DNA from: an uncultured virus (IMG/VR IMGVR_UViG_2061766007_000649)
Lineage: Duplodnaviria; Heunggongvirae; Uroviricota; Caudoviricetes; Crassvirales
Strand: one strand, 5' to 3'
Virus record (IMG/VR): IMGVR_UViG_2061766007_000649
DNA: 20,000 bases
Shown: piece by piece, positions 13,501 through 20,000 of the stretch
Numbering within the stretch: the stretch's first letter is position 1
Layout of the letters: each line of letters opens with the position of its first letter
Made by a program: the position numbers and the translations under genes
Notes under the pieces: generated by a model
What the model saw: the letters and a program-made list of their open reading frames with translations, nothing else
Database searches by the model: none
Told to the model about the DNA's origin: nothing

Positions 13501-14787
13501 TAACCTCAAATATAGAATTAGGAGAAACAACTCCNNNNNNNNNNNNNNNNNNNNNNTGGCCTCTCTGCTTCCCTTATTAAGGGGTGTAACAGAAACCTCA
13601 GTGGTTCCATCTGCCTGCCCAGCTAAATTAGCACTTCTGCAAATCTGCAGATACTTGTTAAAATCCTGGAAGAAAGTAGTAAGTAATCTTGGATTATTTA
13701 ATAGTTGCTGATATAGCATCCCAAGCTGTGCATCCTCAGAGAAATGAGACAGTTTATATAAAACATCCTGCTCACTTGTGATATCAGATAAAATATTAGA
13801 GAGATGCTTGGCTGTTACTGCTATATTTGAAAATAAGGGCAGTCCAAGAATAGGAGATTTGACAACTTCAGAATGGGACTCTGCCACACTGATGGAATTG
13901 CCAGCACTGTCTTGAATTACTTTATTTTCAACAACGGTTTTAGTCTGTGGAATTTGAATAAGAACTCTAGATACAATGGTAGAAAGAGAACCCTCAAGAG
14001 TTTGAGAGTCAAGGGCCTGTTGCCACCTGTCTTGCTGAGGCTCTTCCATGTCTCTGATAGAATCTGCAAGTTCATAGGAGACATTTGCGTTAGTATCTAA
14101 AGTAAAGTTAGCATGAAGCCGCACTCCCAAGGTCTTATTTAACACAGGAAGTGCTAGAACTATCATTGATGTTAGTCTGTCTCCACCAATTTCAGTCGGA
14201 AGAAACATATTTAACAGCAGGCGCCTAACCTCAGTTGCTTGAGCAACATCTTTGATTGTTCCATCTGGTTTAGGAGTAGCGCCGTTTATGATGTCATTAG
14301 CTTCTTTGAAAATGCTAATATAGGAATTCTTAACATGACTCATAAGGCCCTCAAAGACCTTAGTTCCGCCATGCTTAAATACTTCCTCTATATTAATGCC
14401 TTTTTCTGCAGCATAAGCTTCTGCTCTAGTTATAATTAACCGAGCAATTTCTTGAGTAATCTCCTCAATCTCCTCACCACTAAATACATCAGTAGCCTCC
14501 TTCATAGCAAGTGCTTCTGGACCGCCAAGTATCTTCTCAAGAGCTATTCTTTGCTTAGCTATATATTCAGAGTCTTTTTTCCTCTCTGCTCTCTGAGTAG
14601 AGATTTTATTGTAAATCTCATCTAATTGCTCATCTGTATAGATCTCATCTGGAGAAATTCTCTTTTCTCCATTAGGAGCATACATATTGTATGTATTAAT
14701 GTATGCGTTGAGCACATTTTGGGGAACATTGAATCTCTTAGCTAAAGAAGAACAATTAGGAAAGTGTGTACAATATGATTTAGCCAT
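7535..14787 (-). CDS. Single-chain virion RNA polymerase (~2410 aa), crAss-like / phi14:2 gp66 type, double-psi beta-barrel
   Basis: Catalytic AGFDFDIDK (DFDID at 10256-10270), upstream YRIPTE (RIP at 10379-10387), beta-like TDGQAY (TDGQ at 11755-11766) and conserved-Lys segment QPIKP...FKYAEVPLLP. Five ORF-track pieces join, with frame changes only at N-runs. Linkers read open: VVSPNSIFEV...FKKAALATQE, LGGGVDTKE...IEEMGLL and QAISDMIYN. Confidence 0.92.
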
Positions 14788-14818
14788 ACTTTAACTATTT
14801 TCTTTTACAAATTGTAAG

Positions 14819-14849
14819 CAAAGTTAAGTATATATTATGAGTTTTCCAA
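14819..14849 (-). promoter_or_regulatory. Bacteroidota primary-sigma promoter (-33 TTG / -7 TAnnTTTG) for the RNAP operon
   Basis: The minus strand reads TTG (14849-14847), a 20 nt spacer, then TAACTTTG (14826-14819). This lies 31 nt upstream of the RNAP ATG, in the longest intergenic gap of the window. The leader is A-rich, has A at -3 and lacks a Shine-Dalgarno, as is typical of Bacteroidota. Confidence 0.85.
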
Positions 14850-14934
14850 TAAGGTTAATTGAGAAATTATCTTCTAATAACTTAANNNNNNNNNNNAAGG
14901 ATCTCCCTTATAAAGAAATAAATTTTTGGGTATT

Positions 14935-15786
14935 CTAAAGGGAAATTCCCTTCGCTTTAAACTTATCATGCAGCATAGTAGCTACATTTAACATATCAAG
15001 ATGGGGCTTACCTGTAGTACCTCTATACCTTAAATCAAAGAAGTGCTTCCAAGCATCTTCAAAGCCACACATACAGACTTCTGTTTTAAGGGCATTAGGA
15101 AGAACCTGTCTTGCCTGCTGAGAAGTCCAACCTTCTTTGAGCAAGGCTAAGTATATGGTCTCTGCTTGTTGGCATGCCATAATAAACATAGTATCTGCTT
15201 GAGAAATCTCCCGTGCATCAGATTCTCCCATAGTAAAATCTGTCCAACTTGGTTGAATGAATGTAAGTTCATTACCAAATTTGTCTTTAGAATAATTGCA
15301 ATATCTTGTAGACTCTTGACAGAAGCTGAAGGCTCTATGCCTTACAAGCTCGTGGCTTACACCTCTGTCTGTAATAAATCTAGCACAATATCTTTTTAAA
15401 TGTGCAGGCGTGGGATCACATATAGATAGCTCTACTATTTCCATTGCAACATACCTTTCTATAATGTGCCTGAAGTTGGTAGTAATATAAAAGAACTCTC
15501 CATCACAATTGACATCAACCCAAGGCAAGTCTTCTGGGAACATGTACTCCCATTCATATCTGTCTTCCCCCCAGGCATCTACTGGGATTTTAAGATATAC
15601 AGTACCAAATTCAAGTACCGCATAATGTCCTTCATTAATTCTGGCATCAACAAATTTCTTTGCTTCTTCACCACCCTTAACTTCAGACTTATATGATGTC
15701 TTGCCGCACAGTTCAATCATATCGTAGATTCCCTGTAAACCGGGGCCTTGCTCTAGTATTTCTACTGAAGGTTTAATCAGTCTCAT
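14935..15786 (-). CDS. thyX: FAD-dependent thymidylate synthase
   Basis: Signature DRGVSHELVRHRAFSFCQESTRY (RHR-x7-S), N-terminal GHYAVLEF, C-terminal ARQVLPNALKTE and W..FF.LR....H. Confidence 0.96.
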   Translation of the reverse strand: MRLIKPSVEILEQGPGLQGIYDMIELCGKTSYKSEVKGGEEAKKFVDARINEGHYAVLEFGTVYLKIPVDAWGEDRYEWEYMFPEDLPWVDVNCDGEFFYITTNFRHIIERYVAMEIVELSICDPTPAHLKRYCARFITDRGVSHELVRHRAFSFCQESTRYCNYSKDKFGNELTFIQPSWTDFTMGESDAREISQADTMFIMACQQAETIYLALLKEGWTSQQARQVLPNALKTEVCMCGFEDAWKHFFDLRYRGTTGKPHLDMLNVATMLHDKFKAKGISL

Positions 15787-16036
15787 CTTCTAAATAAATT
15801 TTAACTCCAACTCCATCTTCCCATTCAAACTTGGTTATCCTTTTACCAGAGTACACACTGCCTGTATTCATAAAAGGTCCGCCCGGAGGGTCAATTGCTT
15901 GTATCATATTAGGAAAATATCCAATAATCCTAAGATAGGAAGTATAGAGTTCTGGTCCCTCTAGTCGCCAATAGTCTCCTTTATTAACTAAATAAAGGTT
16001 GGCACCATCCCTATTAGGTAATTTAATCTTATCCAC
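15773..16036 (-). CDS. Hypothetical protein (87 aa, IDPPGGPF motif)
   Basis: GTG-start ORF overlapping both neighbours (thyX start and the upstream stop at 16029). Confidence 0.75.
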   Translation of the reverse strand: MDKIKLPNRDGANLYLVNKGDYWRLEGPELYTSYLRIIGYFPNMIQAIDPPGGPFMNTGSVYSGKRITKFEWEDGVGVKIYLEDETD

Positions 16037-16736
16037 TATAAAATAATTTTATCAGTATTTTTAGCTTTTATTTCTGAGATTGCAGCGTAATATTCTGGCT
16101 GTCTATCATGGACTATATAAGTAGGTCTCAGGGCAAAATAAGAGGTATTATCACTAAGTTTTTGCCAGACGCCCATTTGNNNNNNNNNNNNNNNNNNNAG
16201 TATATAAGTGGGTTAGAATTGATTCCCAATAGGAATCATCGCTGCTATATTCTGATTTTATAGGACAGTGTAGAGTAAAAGTTAGGGATAAACCAAAAGC
16301 AATAATGGAGAACTGAGGAGGAAACTCATAGCTAATATAATCCCATTTAGTTTTCCAGCCTACATCTCGATTAACTACATAAAACCTCATCCAAGAAGGC
16401 AAGTGCATCACTGGTTTAACCCAGCCAAGATGCCANNNNNNNNNNNNNNNNNNNNNNNNNNATATAGTTTCCAGCATATAGATTTCCTGGAAGTGAATGA
16501 TGGGTATGCTCCTGTATTTTAGTCTCTATCTCTCTATCCCCAAGTTTAGTCTTTATGCTACCAGTATTAATTAACACTCCCTGTTTAAGGAAGTAACAAC
16601 ACTTAAATAACTTTCTTCTTGAGCATAGATNNNNNNNNNNNTTAGGATCGTTCTTCCATTTTCCAAAATAAACCTTGAGAGAAGGTTTGACAAATAAGTC
16701 TTTAACCTTCTCCCAAGTTCTATATAATTTAATCAT
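16029..16736 (-). CDS. Hypothetical protein (~235 aa, aromatic-rich), split by three N-runs
   Basis: ATG at 16736 overlaps the upstream stop (ATGATTAA). The pieces MIKLYRTWEK..., WHLGWVKP...GWKTKWDY... and QMGVWQKL...KIIYSG* (TAA 16029-16031) join across gaps. Confidence 0.7.
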
Positions 16737-17055
16737 TGTACAGCAGATTATAATCAAATCCGTACTTCAAGCCATACTGAAAATTGAACCATTGAAACTC
16801 TCTTTCTGCCTCTCTTTTACTGGCCCTTTTAGGTTGCCAATCATAGAAGTGGTCCATAAAATATTGCTTCCACTCTTTGTATTGCTCAACAGTTGAGAAC
16901 TCATTATCAGAAAACCATTTCCTATTTTCTTCCTGTTTGGCCCAGTCACAGAGGTCTTCAAAAGTATTCCAATGGTTTGAACTGCCAATGATTTCAAATT
17001 CCTTATTGATGCAGTCAAGAGCAAATTGTTTTCCACTAATCTTCTTCTTGTACAT
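16729..17055 (-). CDS. Hypothetical protein (108 aa)
   Basis: ATG ORF overlapping neighbours on both sides, co-oriented with the operon. Confidence 0.8.
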   Translation of the reverse strand: MYKKKISGKQFALDCINKEFEIIGSSNHWNTFEDLCDWAKQEENRKWFSDNEFSTVEQYKEWKQYFMDHFYDWQPKRASKREAEREFQWFNFQYGLKYGFDYNLLYND

Positions 17056-17272
17056 TATTAAGTTGTTTTAATCGTTCAAATACAGTAATACCATCTACAG
17101 GAGGAACTTCTACAGGAAATGACAGTTGCTTCTTGGGATGGGACAAAGAGTGCATTCCTCCCCAATCAAGCTTTTGCTGATGATTATAATCCCAAAGAAT
17201 TACTTCGTAATCATCATACTTTCTATCATTAAAATGGACTAGAAGCTCCTTTAGGTCCTTTATTGTCATCAT
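17036..17272 (-). CDS. Hypothetical protein (78 aa)
   Basis: Fills the space between coupled ORFs. The N-terminus MTIKDLKELL is typical of small phage proteins. TAG stop. Confidence 0.75.
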   Translation of the reverse strand: MMTIKDLKELLVHFNDRKYDDYEVILWDYNHQQKLDWGGMHSLSHPKKQLSFPVEVPPVDGITVFERLKQLNNVQEED

Positions 17273-17627
17273 TTTCTTTGGCTTTAAGAATTTTATTGAG
17301 TCTAAAGATGAGGGCGGTGATTTTAGAGACTAGCACTTGCCAGGAGAAGGTTCCACTGTCCATAATTTGCTTAAATTCTGGACTGTTCAATACATATTCA
17401 ACATATGAATGTAGTCCACACAGTTGAGGAATATCTGGATATTCTGGAACATCTCCTACCTTATATAAACCACTTAAATAGTGGTCTACATTGGTATGCC
17501 CATAAGAGTTATCAAAATGTCTTACATACCAAATTCCATCAGGAATATAATTGTGGCAACTCAACCCGATTGGTATATACTTCCTGCCCCTTTTGATATA
17601 GACATTATCATCATTACTCGCTGGCAT
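17229..17627 (-). CDS. Hypothetical protein (132 aa)
   Basis: ATG ORF overlapping the upstream stop at 17614. N-terminal YIKRGRKYIPIG. Confidence 0.75.
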   Translation of the reverse strand: MPASNDDNVYIKRGRKYIPIGLSCHNYIPDGIWYVRHFDNSYGHTNVDHYLSGLYKVGDVPEYPDIPQLCGLHSYVEYVLNSPEFKQIMDSGTFSWQVLVSKITALIFRLNKILKAKENDDNKGPKGASSPF

Positions 17628-17962
17628 TGTTCAAAACACACTCAATTTCATCTACATTCCAACCAGATAAGTCATTAGCTGCCTTAAGGTTGGAGCCAAT
17701 GTCTACATAGAGGGATGCATCCTGAGGAAGAACAACCTGCTCTTCAACGGCAGCAAGAAGATTAGTGTCTNNNNNNNNNNTAGTAGCCTCCCTCATCTAA
17801 TCCTTCATCTACAATGTCATAATCCTTCACTTTAACCGTCACTGTCTTACTAAGAGTAACACTTACAGTGACATCAATTTCTACCTCAGGATTTTCTGCC
17901 TCATTGTAAGGAGCACGAGGGTCATTTGCTGCTCCTAAAGGATAATCACCAGTACTATTCAT
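17614..17962 (-). CDS. Hypothetical acidic protein (~115 aa, YPLGAANDPRAPYN motif), split by one N-run
   Basis: ORFs 17762..17962 and 17614..17796 switch frame exactly at the N-run 17771-17780. Both ends overlap neighbouring genes. Confidence 0.75.
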
Positions 17963-18176
17963 TACTTAAAAGTTCATTATATTTACGAATATACCACTCT
18001 GCTTTCTCCATATCTTCAGCACATTTGCCTTTATGATTGCTGCGCCAAATATACTTAAAAGCATTTAACTTACAAAAGGAAGCAACTTCCTCTTTACCAA
18101 AAGCTGCTTCCATAGCATCAATACACTCTATTCCTCCAGAATTATAATGCTGAGGATGATTTACCTGGTCATTCAT
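17955..18176 (-). CDS. DUF3310 family protein (T7 gp1.7-related, putative nucleotide kinase)
   Basis: Family signature VNHPQHY...IECIDAM...NAFKYIWR...KG...EDMEKAEWY. ATGA overlap with the upstream gene. Confidence 0.88.
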   Translation of the reverse strand: MNDQVNHPQHYNSGGIECIDAMEAAFGKEEVASFCKLNAFKYIWRSNHKGKCAEDMEKAEWYIRKYNELLSNE

Positions 18177-18508
18177 ACCTGTATAAATTTAAAGTCATAT
18201 TTTTCAGCAAGGGCTTTCTTAAGATTTTCCCAGTTAGACTTCCTATTGGGGTCTCTCCAGTAATAGTATCTGTCTTCAGAGTTAGGGTGCATAGCCTGTC
18301 CTAAATCCCTCAGTGCTCTCCAGTGAAAAGAATTATAGAAGGCTTTTACAGCCTGAGCCCTTGAAGGAAATACTACCTTTCCATTGATTGTTACTATTTT
18401 CCCACAGATAGATATGGCCCATCTTTCTCCAGATTCAGGGAGTAAATCCCTTTCAAATAAATTTCTAACAAATTGAGGAGTTACATAATCTTTTACATTA
18501 TTTTCCAT
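18173..18508 (-). CDS. Hypothetical protein (111 aa)
   Basis: ATG ORF coupled at both ends. TGA stop. Confidence 0.8.
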   Translation of the reverse strand: MENNVKDYVTPQFVRNLFERDLLPESGERWAISICGKIVTINGKVVFPSRAQAVKAFYNSFHWRALRDLGQAMHPNSEDRYYYWRDPNRKSNWENLKKALAEKYDFKFIQV

Positions 18509-18653
18509 CTGTTCCTTTTATAGTTTTAATAATCTGAATAATAGGCCAAGCAATAGCCCAACATATAAATGCAAAGCAATTAAGTAATAGTTCTAATATC
18601 TTAAGAGGTATTAGAACTATTATCTCAATTAAGGATTCCCACCATCTTTTCAT
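18498..18653 (-). CDS. Small membrane protein (51 aa), below the ORF-track cutoff
   Basis: Manual translation MKRWWESLIEIIVLIPLKILELLLNCFAFICWAIAWPIIQIIKTIKGTDGK*. The start overlaps the polA stop (TAATG) and the stop overlaps the next gene. Confidence 0.75.
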   Translation of the reverse strand: MKRWWESLIEIIVLIPLKILELLLNCFAFICWAIAWPIIQIIKTIKGTDGK

Positions 18654-19269
18654 TAATGAATCCAATAAGTGGGTAAACTCCCATCTTTTAATCTAGACAT
18701 ATCAGCATCAAGAGTACACCTAGTACAGAAAATTGCCCCAGATTTAACCATATCCTTATGAACCTCCTGTGCGACATCTTCTGCTATTGCTTCTGGAGCT
18801 TCACAATTGATTTCATCATAAGGAGTAATGGTAATTTTAACTTTTCCAAATAGATTATTATCACAAATATAGTTGAAGAAGTTAATTAGAGCAACCCTTA
18901 GACACATGCTTCCAGTAGCTTGAATGGGATAATTAATAGACTGTCTCTCACTGTCTGCTTTTCTTTTAAAGAAATGTCTTACTTTTTGTACAGTATCACA
19001 GTCAGGATATTCTTTTTTCATCTGCCTATAATACNNNNNNNNNNNNNNNNNNNNNNNNNNNNNNNNNNNNNNNNNNNNNNNNNNNNNNNNNNNNNNNNNN
19101 NNNNNNNNNNNNNNNNNNNNNNNNNNNNNNNNNNNNNNNNNNNNNNNNNNNNNNNNNNNNNNNNNNNNNNNNNNNNAAGCCACTCATATAATTATTATAA
19201 ATCTTCTCAGCTTCAGCCATAGGAATTCCTTTATTTCTGCAGATAGTATCTGCATTGCCACCATAATTA
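18653..19269 (-). CDS. polA: Family A DNA polymerase, 3' exon
   Basis: Begins T|AAT TAT GGT GGC (NYGG, end of motif B), then ADTICRNKGIPMAEAEKIYNNYMSG. After the N-run come SERQSINYPIQATGS and motif C ITPYDEINCE. TAA at 18653-18655. Confidence 0.9.
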
Positions 19270-20000
19270 CACTTTGTTACCCTAAAGGCTCTTTATCCTT
19301 TAGTTCTATATGTTTCCACATAGGTCGGACTATATCATCACCCATCTCTGGATGTTGGGCACTCGTGTTAGTATTATATTCTCATTTCTGAGTTTCAACT
19401 ATTAGTCTCTGAACCTTCATCGGTTGTTAAGCCGACGCTTGGCTGCTGATTACCTATACGGCTTCCAGCAATTCACCCAATTTTTAATTATTTGTTACCA
19501 AATAATGCCACAAATCTTTGATACTTATATTCTAATCTACTAGTATTACTTGCATACATATAAGCAAATAAAAGAGCAACAGAACTTGCCTTATATATAT
19601 TTACATCATAAGCATTACCCTTCTGCTTTATTGTACTTTCTATTTCATATTTACTTAGGAACTCTTGAAGCCTTTGTGCCCAAGTAAGAGAGCTTGTTGT
19701 AAATTTAGCCTCCTTGTGAGGATTTTGGAGTCTTATACAGCCATCTCCATCAAAATAGCCGTGTACAATATCCCAATCTAATTCTATAGTGGGATTCAAG
19801 GTAAGGGCTTTTCTGTTTGAAACATTGAAAGTGTCTATAAACCACTTNNNNNNNNNNNNNNNNNNNNNNNNNNNNNNNNNGCTTTACTCCCTATGAATTC
19901 TTTGAATTTTAATAGAATGTCTTCGTCTTTTGAAAACAAGCTAATAGAATAATGTCTATCACTATAGACAAAATGTCCATCTGCAAATAAATATCCTATC
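19270..20000 (-). mobile_element. Group I self-splicing intron (IA-like) interrupting polA; 5' end lies outside the window
   Basis: Minus-strand elements: P3 TTGGGT (19480-19475) pairing with GCCCAA (19360-19355); P GAATTGCTGGAAGCC (19474-19460); Q AATCAGCAGCC (19451-19441); R GTTCAGAGACTAA (19414-19402); S TGATATAGTCC (19337-19327); P8 CATCCA-GAGA-TGGGTG; P9 CTATGTG-GAAA-CATATAG; second P9 stem CTAAAGG/CCTTTAG; terminal G at 19270. Confidence 0.93.
19488..19999 (-). CDS. Intron-encoded double-motif LAGLIDADG homing endonuclease (5'-truncated by window)
   Basis: Motif 1 IGYLFADG (19999-19976) and motif 2 IVHGYFDGDG. The frame changes only at the N-run 19848-19880. It ends with its own TAA 7 nt before intron P3, so it is not an intein. 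Confidence 0.9.

Noticed and set aside
2..14787. Stop-codon reassignment (TAG->Gln or TGA->Trp), known in some crAss-like phages, as the cause of ORF fragmentation
   Set aside because: The reconstructed giant genes have no in-frame TAG/TGA and break only at N-runs. TAG (14935, 17036, 17955) and TGA (18173) end genes at sensible positions.
2804..14787. Pseudogenisation or programmed frameshifting of the giant genes
   Set aside because: Frame changes coincide with assembly gaps rather than slippery sites, and catalytic motifs are intact.
14881..14912. Possible terminator hairpin after thyX (minus strand TAAGGGAGATC...N11...TTA)
   Set aside because: The second arm would lie within the N-run 14886-14896, so it cannot be verified.
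19282..19323. Two hairpins as transcription terminators
   Set aside because: They have no U-tract and their position and GAAA loop match P9 elements of the intron.
19488..20000. LAGLIDADG domain as part of an intein in PolA
   Set aside because: The ORF has its own stop, lacks a C-terminal HN splice motif and is followed by a non-coding group I core.

Overview
This AT-rich window comes from a crAss-like phage (order Crassvirales, Bacteroidota host inferred). About 20 short N-runs break reading frames, so the ORF track is artificially fragmented. I re-read the flanks of the frame-breaking gaps in the giant genes, and the left 14.8 kb resolves into only three giant genes. (1) A 5'-truncated + strand protein (<2..2757) ends in a RecB/Cas4-like PD-(D/E)xK nuclease domain. 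(2) A ~1570 aa - strand protein (2804..7528) has a degenerate zincin motif and hydrophobic segments. (3) A ~2410 aa single-chain double-psi beta-barrel virion RNA polymerase (7535..14787) carries the DFDID catalytic motif and sits behind a consensus Bacteroidota sigma promoter. Genes 1 and 2 converge on a bidirectional intrinsic terminator. The right 5 kb is the end of a translationally coupled replication operon on the - strand. It contains thyX, a DUF3310 protein, several small hypothetical genes and the 3' exon of a family A DNA polymerase. That polymerase is interrupted inside motif B by a group I intron (P/Q/R/S elements visible) encoding a double-motif LAGLIDADG homing endonuclease. The most unusual observations are matching terminal cysteine motifs on the three giant putative ejected proteins, the nuclease domain on a giant putative cargo protein, and the LAGLIDADG-bearing intron in polA. 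The standard genetic code (11) fits the window.
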